Source: Bacteroidota bacterium (GTDB taxonomy: Bacteria; Bacteroidota; Ignavibacteria; UBA10030; BY39). Taken from it: a stretch of DNA of 64,000 bases. This document shows, piece after piece, positions 20,778 to 29,971 of the stretch. Under the pieces are notes generated by a model that worked only from the letters and a program-made list of their open reading frames with translations, had not been told where the DNA came from and ran no database searches. Position numbers and translations under genes: made by a program. Positions within the stretch are counted from its first letter, which is position 1, and every line of letters starts with the position of its first letter. The stretch spans positions 5,988 through 69,987 of the forward strand of contig JASEGV010000005.1 of assembly GCA_030017895.1 (NCBI GenBank), written 5' to 3'.

Positions 20778-22916
20778 CTATTTTACTAAAATCATACTTC
20801 CGGCTTTGAACGATTTGTTAGTTCTTAAAACGTAGAAATATACACCGCTCGGCCGATTTGTGGAAGAGAATTTTACACCATCATAAACACGCGCTTCCTG
20901 ATACTCATCAACTAATGTTTCTATATGTTGACCTAATATATTATATACCTTCAGTGTAACATGCGAAGGTTCAAATATTTCATACTTGATCGAAGTTTCT
21001 ATATTTTTTGTTGTAAAAAACGGATTAGGATAATTTTGGTAAAGAACAGGGGCTGGAATTTTGGGTGGAGTTGGTGGAATAACAGGTTCACCTGAGCCGC
21101 CGCCTGTTGTAGTTTTTAAGATAGTTCCGTTAAAACCACAAACCCAGCCAATATTTTCGTTTTCAAATTCTACTGCCAATAACGAATTTAATGTCGAGCT
21201 TTGAGATAAGAACCATTTTTTCCCACCATTAGTAGTTTTAAGAATAACTCCACCACTACCAACAATCCAGCCGGTAGTATCATTTACAAATTTAACCGAA
21301 TAATAATTTGTTTTATTGGGAGCCGGACTCATCTGAAAGCTTTGAGCAGCGATAGAATCAATTATTAGGCAATCGCCGCCGCAGGTTGTTCGTAAAATTG
21401 TTTTGTTAGAACCTACGAACCAACCAGTGTCTTTATCGACAAAATAAACATCAAAAAGCTCGTTTTTCAATATTGAAACAATTCGTTTCCAACTTTCGCC
21501 GCCGTCGGTAGTTTTGTAAATCAAGCCCAATTTACCTACTGTCCAACCGATATTTGCATTTATAAAAAATACAGAATTCAGGTCGGTCGTGTCCTGAAGA
21601 TTCTGAAGCGACCAGTTCCAGCCACCATCGGAAGATTTCAGGATCAATCCATTGTTGCCAACTGTCCAGTATGTTTCTGAAATATTAAAAACTGAGTTCA
21701 AATTCTGATTAGTCGGTTTCGGAAGTTCGCTCCACGAAACTCCGTTATCATACGTCCGCAATAAAACCCCATTATCTCCGACAATACAGCCGCTTAAAAC
21801 TTGTTTATCCGGTGCAATGTTTAGAGCTACGGAGTTTAGGTTGACGTTCGTCGCTTTATGCAGTAACGTCCAATTGTCGCCGCTGTTGGTTGTCAGCATA
21901 ATGGTTCCTGCTTCTCCAACAGCCCAACCCGTTGTAGTATCGTTAAAGAAAATATCTCGAATCTGTGTAGTATTCCCTCTCGAAATCAAATCCCAGTTAA
22001 CTGCCGCATTTGTAGTTCTTCTTAAATCTACAAAACCGCTAAGTAACCATCCATTATTTGCATCAGCAAAAGAGATCGCTTTGATATTTTGATTTGCAGC
22101 TACGGTATCGGGAATCCAGGTTCCACCGCCGTTCGTAGTTTTAAACAAAACACCATTAGTTGTTGTAACATAACCTTTAGTTAGTGAAGTAAATTGGACA
22201 TCGGTTCCGAGTGTGAGCCTGAATTGATTAACCCAATCTTTTCCGCCGTTCGTAGTTTTTAGAAAAACTAAATTGCCAATAACCCAGCCAATCGAATCGC
22301 TTACAAAATAAACGGATGCAAGGTCGTTGCGGGTTCCGCTCGGAATTGTATCCCAGGCAGTTCCACCGTTTGAAGTTTTTATAATTTTTCCGTCATCTCC
22401 AACAATGTATCCAGTCGTTACCGAAGGAAAGAAAATCTTTTTCAGTGATAATGAAGTTCCGGTTGTAACAACCGACCATGAATCGCCTCCAGTTGTAGTT
22501 TTGAGAAGAGTTCCACTCTCACCAACAGCCCACCCGGTATTTTCTGTAGAGAAAAATACATCGGTAAGTTTTTTATCAGTAGGAGTTTTTTGAAGGATAG
22601 GTTTTCCGCCCAAAGTTTTTTTTATAATCGTTCCTGAATCCCCTACTGAATATGTAATATTGTTTTTATGATATATTGCGCGAAGAGTTGTGGTTTTACC
22701 TGCTGACCGATATGAAATATCCCAATCAACGCCGCCGTTCGTTGTTTCCATTAGGGTAGCATTTGCACCGACCGCAACAAGCGACTGATTATTAATTGTA
22801 AATATATCGAAAAGTATATTCCCTTGTGGTAACGGGTTCTGCCACGTCCAATCTTGCTGAGAAAATATAACGAGGGGGAACAGAAGTGCGATAAAAATTT
22901 TGGATAGATATTTCAC
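20778..22916 (-). CDS. Secreted YCF48/BNR (Asp-box) double beta-propeller with T9SS tail
   Basis: GTG start, signal peptide, about 14 'GWAVG..G.I.KTTNGG..W' blades, Pro-rich linker, QNYPNPF tail. Confidence 0.88.
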   Translation of the reverse strand: MKYLSKIFIALLFPLVIFSQQDWTWQNPLPQGNILFDIFTINNQSLVAVGANATLMETTNGGVDWDISYRSAGKTTTLRAIYHKNNITYSVGDSGTIIKKTLGGKPILQKTPTDKKLTDVFFSTENTGWAVGESGTLLKTTTGGDSWSVVTTGTSLSLKKIFFPSVTTGYIVGDDGKIIKTSNGGTAWDTIPSGTRNDLASVYFVSDSIGWVIGNLVFLKTTNGGKDWVNQFRLTLGTDVQFTSLTKGYVTTTNGVLFKTTNGGGTWIPDTVAANQNIKAISFADANNGWLLSGFVDLRRTTNAAVNWDLISRGNTTQIRDIFFNDTTTGWAVGEAGTIMLTTNSGDNWTLLHKATNVNLNSVALNIAPDKQVLSGCIVGDNGVLLRTYDNGVSWSELPKPTNQNLNSVFNISETYWTVGNNGLILKSSDGGWNWSLQNLQDTTDLNSVFFINANIGWTVGKLGLIYKTTDGGESWKRIVSILKNELFDVYFVDKDTGWFVGSNKTILRTTCGGDCLIIDSIAAQSFQMSPAPNKTNYYSVKFVNDTTGWIVGSGGVILKTTNGGKKWFLSQSSTLNSLLAVEFENENIGWVCGFNGTILKTTTGGGSGEPVIPPTPPKIPAPVLYQNYPNPFFTTKNIETSIKYEIFEPSHVTLKVYNILGQHIETLVDEYQEARVYDGVKFSSTNRPSGVYFYVLRTNKSFKAGSMILVK

Positions 22917-22917
22917 T

Positions 22918-22997
22918 AATTTAGTTATTGGTTGTTGTGGTTCGACAAGCTCACCACAAGGTTTTAAGTTATAGTTTTTCAGTCAATAGTTTTAGTT
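22918..22997. repeat. 80-bp direct repeat, copy 1 (contains a REP-like hairpin)
   Basis: Matches 23149-23228 with one mismatch. Confidence 0.9.
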
Positions 22998-23029
22998 GCT
23001 AGTTCTCAGTTTACAAAACCATTAACTAA

Positions 23030-23128
23030 CTGAAGTTACGCAAAAGAGTCATTCTGAACGAAGTGAAGAATCTGAAACCTCAAATTCAGGCTATTTTTTG
23101 ACAAAAAGTCAATTCTGCGTAACTTCAG
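23030..23128 (-). mobile_element. MITE-A copy 1 (99 bp)
   Basis: TIRs CTGAAGTTACGCA...TGCGTAACTTCAG; flanks TTAACTAA/TTAACTGA (8-bp TSD, 1 mismatch). Confidence 0.9.
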
Positions 23129-23148
23129 TTAACTGATAACTATATTTC

Positions 23149-23228
23149 AATTTAGTTATTGGTTGTTGTGGTTCGACAAGCTCACCACAAGGTTTTAAGT
23201 TATAGTTCTTCAGTCAATAGTTTTAGTT
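23149..23228. repeat. 80-bp direct repeat, copy 2
   Basis: Matches 22918-22997 with one mismatch. Confidence 0.9.
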
Positions 23229-23303
23229 TTTAGCTTACAACTATAAAACTACAACCAGCAACTATTTAACCAAAACAAATAACTAATGACTAATAACTAC
23301 TAC

Positions 23304-25553
23304 TCATCTCAGCAGAAGCATCTTCCGCACTACATTAAACCTATTATTTGCGTCCTTAATTCTACAGAAATAAATACCTGAAGCTAAATTGGTTCCATCG
23401 AAGTAAACTGCATTTTTACCTTGATAAAATTCTATGTTATCAGCTAATGTTATTACTTCCTGTCCAAGAACGTTATATACTTTTATATTTACAATACTTT
23501 TTTCAGGCAAATCAAACTCGATTGTAGTAAACGGGTTGAACGGGTTGGGATAATTTTGTGCGAAAACCTCTTGTTGAGAAATTGCAATATTTTGTGTTGT
23601 GAAAGAACCGCTGCCGTATTTCAAAGTTACACCGTACAAACCTACAGCCCAAACATTTGCACTATCAATCGAAAATATATCGTATAAAGCACTCCGTATT
23701 GGCGAGGGGACATTTAACCATGTGCTTCCGCTGTTAGTAGTGGATAAAATTGTCCCAGACAAACCTACCGCCCAACCGTTTAAAGAGTCGGTAAAGGTTA
23801 TGCTTTTTATTTCTCTAGTTGTACCTGACACTTGTGTGAGCCAATTAAAGCCACCGTTTGTTGTTTTTCTAATAGTACCACCTGACCCCACTGCCCAGCC
23901 GGTAGTAGGCGAAATAAAATGGAGTGAATTTAACTTCCGTGTAGTTCCAGATGGCTGAGCAACCCAGCTTTCGCCACTGTTTGTAGTTTTAAAAATTAGT
24001 CCGCTTGTACCTGTTACCCATCCAGTTTGGTTATTTACGAAATAAACATCATAAAAATTATTTGAAACTCTTGGCTTAGTCGTGTACCAGGTATCACCAC
24101 CGTTAGTCGTTTTCCGGACATAACCGCTGCTGCCAACAACGAATCCGAGGTCATGGTTTAAGAAAAATATTTTATAAAAAGTTTTCGTCGAACCGCTCAT
24201 CAAACGGTACCAATTTGTACCACCGTCTGTTGTTTTTTCAATTAAACCCGTTCTGCCGGCAATATATATTGTAGCAGAATCAACCATAAAAATTGAGTTT
24301 GCTTTTTTACCGGCCAAAGCCGTTTGAATAATCCAGTTTGAACCACCATTTGTACTTTTATAAACTATTCCGTAACGCCCTAATGCCCAGCCATTGCTGG
24401 GGTCGGAAAATTGAACAGCATACAAATTATCTCTATGTCCGTGCGAAAGTTGTACCCAATCTTCACCACCATTTGTTGTTTTAAGTATAGTTCCCCTTAC
24501 ACCTGCAACAAAACCTGTAGCAGAATCCAAAAATTTGACAGCATCAAGCCACTCAGTAGTTCCTGATGTCTGTGGAATCCAAGTAATCCCTTCATTGACA
24601 GTTTTCATAATTGTACCGTTTGAACCAACAGCCCATCCGGTTGTTGAATCGACAAAATCCACATCGTCTAACCAGGCATTTGTCCCTGAGTTTGCAGTTA
24701 ACCAATTACTTCCACCATTAGTTGTCCGACGCATAGTGCCTTTTAAACCGACAGCAACACCTTTGTTTTGTGTAAAAAATTTTACGCTGGTTAGAATGTT
24801 TGTTGTTCCGGAACTTTGTGCATTCCAGACCGAACCACCGTTTGAAGTATAATAAATTTTGCCTGAATCGCCAACTGCCCAACCCCTTGAGCCATCAAGA
24901 AAATTGATCTCAAATAATCTGACGGGTGACAAGACAAATTGCGGAGACCAAATACTGCCACCATTACTCGTACGGATTATTAAACCATTCATACCACAAA
25001 TCCAACCGGTATCCCTATTAATGAACATTGCGTCGAAAAAAGGAAAATTAGAATAAAACTGCACCCCGAGGTTTAATTTTGCCCAGTTATCGCCACCGTC
25101 AATAGTTTTTAAAATTTTACCTCCTAAACCGACAGCATATCCGTATAAACTATCTATCATGTCGATGTCGTATAAATCACCGCTTGTAAGTCCTAAACCA
25201 AACTTAACATCCCATGAATTACCGGAATCTGTTGTTTTCAGGATTGAAGAAGAGGCACCCGCAAAAAAAACATTTCTTTTAGAGGTTACATCAATTCCGT
25301 ATATAGAAAAACCCGTTGGGTAAGGATTTTGCCAATACCAATATAAATCGGTGGGGGCGAACATATCTTCAACCATTTCCTCCATGGAACCATACGGAAA
25401 AGAAGAATCTAATGAATCCTCTATAAAGATTTCATCGTCAATATCTATACTGTCGGGTAGCTGTGCATTCAAGTTTCCATTAAGAAGTAGAAAAAACATG
25501 GCACTTATCCACATGAATAATATATATTTTAGTTTTATTATTAAGTATTTCAT
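23304..25553 (-). CDS. Secreted YCF48/BNR double beta-propeller with T9SS tail (paralog of the neighbouring gene)
   Basis: Signal peptide, acidic N-terminal stretch, 'WYWQNPYP', about 14 Asp-box blades, QNYPNPFNP...RKMLLLR. Confidence 0.88.
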   Translation of the reverse strand: MKYLIIKLKYILFMWISAMFFLLLNGNLNAQLPDSIDIDDEIFIEDSLDSSFPYGSMEEMVEDMFAPTDLYWYWQNPYPTGFSIYGIDVTSKRNVFFAGASSSILKTTDSGNSWDVKFGLGLTSGDLYDIDMIDSLYGYAVGLGGKILKTIDGGDNWAKLNLGVQFYSNFPFFDAMFINRDTGWICGMNGLIIRTSNGGSIWSPQFVLSPVRLFEINFLDGSRGWAVGDSGKIYYTSNGGSVWNAQSSGTTNILTSVKFFTQNKGVAVGLKGTMRRTTNGGSNWLTANSGTNAWLDDVDFVDSTTGWAVGSNGTIMKTVNEGITWIPQTSGTTEWLDAVKFLDSATGFVAGVRGTILKTTNGGEDWVQLSHGHRDNLYAVQFSDPSNGWALGRYGIVYKSTNGGSNWIIQTALAGKKANSIFMVDSATIYIAGRTGLIEKTTDGGTNWYRLMSGSTKTFYKIFFLNHDLGFVVGSSGYVRKTTNGGDTWYTTKPRVSNNFYDVYFVNNQTGWVTGTSGLIFKTTNSGESWVAQPSGTTRKLNSLHFISPTTGWAVGSGGTIRKTTNGGFNWLTQVSGTTREIKSITFTDSLNGWAVGLSGTILSTTNSGSTWLNVPSPIRSALYDIFSIDSANVWAVGLYGVTLKYGSGSFTTQNIAISQQEVFAQNYPNPFNPFTTIEFDLPEKSIVNIKVYNVLGQEVITLADNIEFYQGKNAVYFDGTNLASGIYFCRIKDANNRFNVVRKMLLLR

Positions 25554-25581
25554 ATTATAAACTCCTTTCGGGAGAAAAAAT

Positions 25582-28155
25582 CTATTTTAACTCTTTAACT
25601 CTAAAAAAAACATCAACATACTCACTGCCCGGTTCACCGGTTAATTCAACCGTTTGCAATGCGGGCTCTGCAATAAAGCTCATACTTCGAAGATAATCAT
25701 CGTTAAGTTTAACCAAGTAAGTTCCCTTAGGAATAGCAGGAAACTCAAATTCACCTAATGAATTTGTTTTAGTAACTTTTTCTAATTTATTTTTCCCTGT
25801 ACCTATAGTTTGCCCTTCTTTAGTTAATATGACTGTTAAAGCTTGAACAGGGCTACCGCCAGTCGTTGTTACTGCCCCTTTTATAATACCGCCACTAACA
25901 ATGGGAATATTCAAAGTTTTTAATTTATTTGGCTCTGCCCTCATGCTTATACCATCATAAAGTGGGACCCAAAAAGGTTCGTCTAAATCACGCATACGAA
26001 CGCGAAAAACATAATCACGATAATATTCGCCGGAAGTTAAATAAGTTTCTTCATCGTATTCAGATGTTGGTGCACCACCAAAAGAGCCTAATCTTTCGGC
26101 AGTAACATGTACATTTTGAAAATATCGCTCGCTCTTATCTTTAATTCCATTGTAATTATCGTCATAAAATGAACGTGTCAGAAAATATCCTCGTCTGATG
26201 GGAGCTCTGCTTTGAAACAAAATGTCCCATGATTGAGTTGAACCAATTATCAAACCTGAGATATTTTGATTTAACGATATTCCACGGTTACTTCTTAAAG
26301 CGGTTGTTTGTGAACGGACAAAGGGGAGTTGGACACTCAGGTTAGCATAAACGAAAAACTCATGGTTTAGGAAATTGCGTTCGGCAAACAAATTGAATAA
26401 AAATATAGAAGAAAGCGGAATATTTAAACCGATGCTCGCATTAGTGAATCTGTTTATTTTATGGTCAAAACGTCCGTTCAATAATATTGATGAAAATGAG
26501 GTGGCGCGGACGGTAACACCTGCTCGACTTGTAAAAACTGTTGTCCCATATCCAATTTGCGTATATCTGGTAACTGCGTAATCAATAGAATGTGTTCTAA
26601 AATTTGCACCAAAACTTAAATTGAATCCAACCTCTTCACCGCTCTCCAGTATATTTCGTGTTACAATTCCATTAAAAAGAACAAATGGATAATTGGAATA
26701 GAGTGGAACCTGGAAAGTTAAATTATTTGAATATTTTATGTTCCGCGAATTAAGTACTTTATTTTTTGCATACAAATAATTTTGCAGACCAAAATCAATT
26801 TGATTCCATGTCTGCCAAAAGAGATTTATTTGAGATTTAATAAATGGCGAAAATTGCGCCGTTCCGTAGAAATTGTCAGTTAACCTTACCGTAGAAAATG
26901 TATAAGGGAAAAATTTATCTTTAAAATTTTTTCTTTCAGAATATTCTATTCCGGTTCCTAATGTAATTCGTTCCGTTGCCCCATATTGTACTTCGCCCGA
27001 ACTATAAAGTGGATAACCTTTTATGCGTAATTTCCCAAATGCAAATCTATAATCGATTGTACCTGCAGGTAACATCGACGAAGGTATAATTACATATTTC
27101 CGGTTTATATATTCTTGTCCATATATATCGTATTTTCGTTCTATAATCTGATTATAACCAAAATAAAGATTAGAGGTTACGTTAAAAGAAGTATCTCGAT
27201 CGGTAGAAAGGTATATTGGCGTCATTCCTAAAGGATAATAGGAGTATTCTTGATTAGCGCCTATTTCGGCAAAGGTCGTGATACTACCAAATTTTTGTCG
27301 CCTCTCCGGAGGTGTATTCGTAACGCTGACTCCCCAAAGATTACCTCCAACATTATAACTTCGCTGAATGTCGCCTAGTGTGATTAGTTGGACAAAACGG
27401 CTATTAAAAAAAGGAAATTTGATGTTTGCACGTATATCTCGTTTTTTAATAGTTTTAAAGATTTCTCCTTTAATTGAAGTTTCTAAATCACCACCGAAAA
27501 CTTGTGCACCTCCTTTTAGATTGTATTTATAACGAAAATCTTCATTTGGGTTTTTTATTACCGATATATTATATCCTAAAGCGCCAGCATTAAATATATT
27601 GAAACTTTTTTCCAAATGTAATTCAGGTTCTGAATAAATTCTTTCTAATTGTCGTAGGTAATTTTTTTGCCGGGCTCTTTTTTGTAATTCCGGGAAATAT
27701 TTATTGCTTTTTAGCATAATCTCTACTCGCCGGTCATCATACCTTATATCTAAACCAAATAACTCTCTATAAACCGTTTCTTCTAAAAATAAATCACGAC
27801 TATTATTTATGATTTCATCATGAAACAAATCAATCTTTAGTTTTCGATACCGGGCAGTAAGGTTTTCTGTATCAATTTCGAAAGTAGAGTCCTTCGATAT
27901 AAAATAACCTTTTAATATAGTTTTATCCGGGTTGGCATCTACCTTGATCCTGAGAATATTAAATAAAGAGATTATTGGAATAAATACTTTTTCATCTTTT
28001 TTTAAAATTTCAATTTCAAAATGACCTAATCTCTTTTCATAAATATTTACAAAAAGTGAATCAATATTCCCCCTTTGCGCAAAAATATAATTCGATAATA
28101 ATAATAATACACAAAACTTTAAAATGATTAAAATGTCAGATTTTTTTAATCCCAT
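25582..28155 (-). CDS. Putative fimbrial usher-like outer-membrane protein with C-terminal Ig/carboxypeptidase-regulatory-like domains
   Basis: 857 aa; signal peptide; long amphipathic beta-strand region; 'FYDDNYNGIKD' motif; 'TNSLGEFEFPAIPKGTY'; no T9SS tail; start overlaps the chaperone-like gene's stop. Confidence 0.65.
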   Translation of the reverse strand: MGLKKSDILIILKFCVLLLLSNYIFAQRGNIDSLFVNIYEKRLGHFEIEILKKDEKVFIPIISLFNILRIKVDANPDKTILKGYFISKDSTFEIDTENLTARYRKLKIDLFHDEIINNSRDLFLEETVYRELFGLDIRYDDRRVEIMLKSNKYFPELQKRARQKNYLRQLERIYSEPELHLEKSFNIFNAGALGYNISVIKNPNEDFRYKYNLKGGAQVFGGDLETSIKGEIFKTIKKRDIRANIKFPFFNSRFVQLITLGDIQRSYNVGGNLWGVSVTNTPPERRQKFGSITTFAEIGANQEYSYYPLGMTPIYLSTDRDTSFNVTSNLYFGYNQIIERKYDIYGQEYINRKYVIIPSSMLPAGTIDYRFAFGKLRIKGYPLYSSGEVQYGATERITLGTGIEYSERKNFKDKFFPYTFSTVRLTDNFYGTAQFSPFIKSQINLFWQTWNQIDFGLQNYLYAKNKVLNSRNIKYSNNLTFQVPLYSNYPFVLFNGIVTRNILESGEEVGFNLSFGANFRTHSIDYAVTRYTQIGYGTTVFTSRAGVTVRATSFSSILLNGRFDHKINRFTNASIGLNIPLSSIFLFNLFAERNFLNHEFFVYANLSVQLPFVRSQTTALRSNRGISLNQNISGLIIGSTQSWDILFQSRAPIRRGYFLTRSFYDDNYNGIKDKSERYFQNVHVTAERLGSFGGAPTSEYDEETYLTSGEYYRDYVFRVRMRDLDEPFWVPLYDGISMRAEPNKLKTLNIPIVSGGIIKGAVTTTGGSPVQALTVILTKEGQTIGTGKNKLEKVTKTNSLGEFEFPAIPKGTYLVKLNDDYLRSMSFIAEPALQTVELTGEPGSEYVDVFFRVKELK

Positions 28156-28994
28156 TATTCAATATTGATACTATACTTCCACGTTTTAGGTTCAGATTTT
28201 ATCACGTACTTACTTGCATCATCCATTCGTTTAGATTCAGCAACGGTTTTAACTATGTAAATCCCTTTGGGAAGATCGCTTATATCTATTTTTGAAGTAA
28301 TTGTTATATCTTTATAAACCACTAAATTCTGGTCATACTTCTTTACAATTTTTCCCTTGCTATCGCCAAATTCAAAATGCATCCTCCCCCAGTAGGAACT
28401 GTTACCGAATCTTTGATATTTAGCCGTGAAAATCAATTCCTTTTTGGATATTCTAATATCTGGCTTGTCAATTATATCAACCGAAGTTGATACTTTTCCT
28501 TTCCGATAATGAATTGGAATAGATTGTTGATTTACGATTTCTAAACCGACTTGGGCTTGTTCTTGTTTATCCGTTAAGAGTTTTGGTTCCAATTTTGATG
28601 GTTTAGAAAAAATTGAAATGCGTGACCAATATTCATTATCTCTGAGCGTTGAGGGTGGCGCTACGATAACCCGAACGTATCGTTTTTCCGAAGGTTTTAG
28701 TAATAACCTATTCGGATATAATGTTGTCCACTCATCCAAAGACTGATCGTCAATGGTAATTTCCTCAGGTGTTTTTATGTATATATTGTTTGTATCATCC
28801 GATGTTACATAGCCGTACTTAATTTCGAGCCAAACTTCAATTTCTTTATCCGTTACATTCAATACATCAAACGATGTTGATCGTCGAGGCTCATCAATAA
28901 ATAGTAAAGTTGGTGAAACTCTTACATTTGCCGTAGCAAAATTAATAACCGTGAAAAGAAAGGATATAATTATTAATGTTTTTTTTAGATTCAT
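28155..28994 (-). CDS. Putative PapD/FimC-like periplasmic pilus chaperone
   Basis: Signal peptide, then 'VRVSPTLLFI...FDVLN', 'YPNRLLLKPSEKRYVRV', 'NEY', 'SIPIHYR', 'GNSS' features of pilus chaperones. Confidence 0.72.
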   Translation of the reverse strand: MNLKKTLIIISFLFTVINFATANVRVSPTLLFIDEPRRSTSFDVLNVTDKEIEVWLEIKYGYVTSDDTNNIYIKTPEEITIDDQSLDEWTTLYPNRLLLKPSEKRYVRVIVAPPSTLRDNEYWSRISIFSKPSKLEPKLLTDKQEQAQVGLEIVNQQSIPIHYRKGKVSTSVDIIDKPDIRISKKELIFTAKYQRFGNSSYWGRMHFEFGDSKGKIVKKYDQNLVVYKDITITSKIDISDLPKGIYIVKTVAESKRMDDASKYVIKSEPKTWKYSINIE

Positions 28995-29022
28995 AAAATA
29001 TTTTCACAGACGCTGATATTAA

Positions 29023-29058
29023 AAAGAGGTGCCTAAACTTTTGTTTCGACACCTCTTT
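29023..29058 (-). terminator. Stem-loop downstream of the pilin-like gene (partial terminator or mRNA stabiliser)
   Basis: AAAGAGGTGCCTAAAC-TTTT-GTTTCGACACCTCTTT with a U-tract on the minus strand. Confidence 0.7.
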
Positions 29059-29089
29059 GCTTATTAAACTACTACCGTATTATAAATTA

Positions 29090-29653
29090 TTATAGTCCGG
29101 TATATGATACGTTTGCAACAATGACGCCAAAGAATTCTACTCCAGGAACTGCGGCGGGAACTGTAAGTGTCATTTCAGGGGCGAATAATGCATCGGCACC
29201 ACCAAAACCAACATTTACTGTAAATGGAGCGTTTGGATTGAATGGAAGTGCATTTGCATAATCTGCACCTGGAACGAACCAAGCTTTTGGGAATGATACA
29301 GGTAACGCACCAAATTCACCAATTAAAGCTGAAGGTAGAATCATCGAGATGGTGATGGATGAACCGGGTGTTAAACCACCGAGTATAAATTCTGTCCATG
29401 CGCTTGGATCCGCAGGAGCTGTTGGATCTGTTAAGCTTACATATTTCCAAGCACCTTCTACTGCATCCAAATAAACCTGGTACGTATAACCACGGTTTAG
29501 ATCTTCGAGTAAGAATTCAGCTGGGTCTAATGTGAAACCGTCTAATACTACAGCTCCAATCGGTGCCCAAGTTGTTGCACTACCAGTGGTTTGCGCACTT
29601 GTTAATCCTACGAATACTAGAACTAATAATAAGGAAAACATTAATTGTTTCAT
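29090..29653 (-). CDS. Putative pilin/major subunit (DUF4402/CU-pilin-like), secreted
   Basis: Strong SD, signal peptide, beta-rich 167-aa mature chain, C-terminal 'TLTVP....G..F.G.I...V.Y' strand typical of chaperone-usher subunits; first gene of the trio. Confidence 0.6.
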   Translation of the reverse strand: MKQLMFSLLLVLVFVGLTSAQTTGSATTWAPIGAVVLDGFTLDPAEFLLEDLNRGYTYQVYLDAVEGAWKYVSLTDPTAPADPSAWTEFILGGLTPGSSITISMILPSALIGEFGALPVSFPKAWFVPGADYANALPFNPNAPFTVNVGFGGADALFAPEMTLTVPAAVPGVEFFGVIVANVSYTGL

Positions 29654-29753
29654 TTTGTAACTCCTTTAAATTTGTTATTTGTTTTTGTTAATTGTGTTAA
29701 TTGTGGGTTAAGTGTTAATTAATTAATTGTGAATCTGTTAGTTTGTAATTTTA

Positions 29754-29781
29754 ATATTATCATTTTTTTACTAAATGTCAA
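29754..29781 (-). promoter_or_regulatory. sigma70-type promoter for the pilin-like operon
   Basis: Minus strand TTGACA-N16(TTTAGTAAAAAAATGA)-TAATAT, about 100 bp upstream of the ATG. Confidence 0.6.
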
Positions 29782-29831
29782 GTGTTTTTTCAATTTTTAA
29801 AAAATATTTTTTAAACTCTTCAAGCCATCCG

Positions 29832-29960
29832 GAGGCTGACCAAAAAGTCTGTTTTCTCGATACGTTCGCTTTGCGAACACTCGAAAACCGGCAAGATAAG
29901 CAGGTTCTCGAGTTCGATTTCGTAGAAATCGAGTAACGAGAGAACTTATTAGTCAACCTC
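29832..29960. mobile_element. MITE-B (129 bp) with GAGG(C/T)TGAC terminal inverted repeats and internal palindromes
   Basis: GAGGCTGACCAAAAAG versus the reverse complement of the right end, GAGGTTGACTAATAAG (13/16); internal CTCGA...TCGA hairpins. Confidence 0.65.
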
Positions 29961-29971
29961 ACAGGGTGGGG

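Noticed and set aside
22918..23228. Possible CRISPR array suggested by palindromic direct repeats
   Set aside because: Only two 80-bp copies, no regular repeat-spacer period and no cas genes
20778..25553. Photosystem II assembly factor (Ycf48) function
   Set aside because: Generic Asp-box propellers with T9SS tails and no photosynthesis context
29771..29962. 63-aa minus-strand ORF upstream of the pilin-like gene
   Set aside because: Reads through MITE-B and the promoter; no protein-like features
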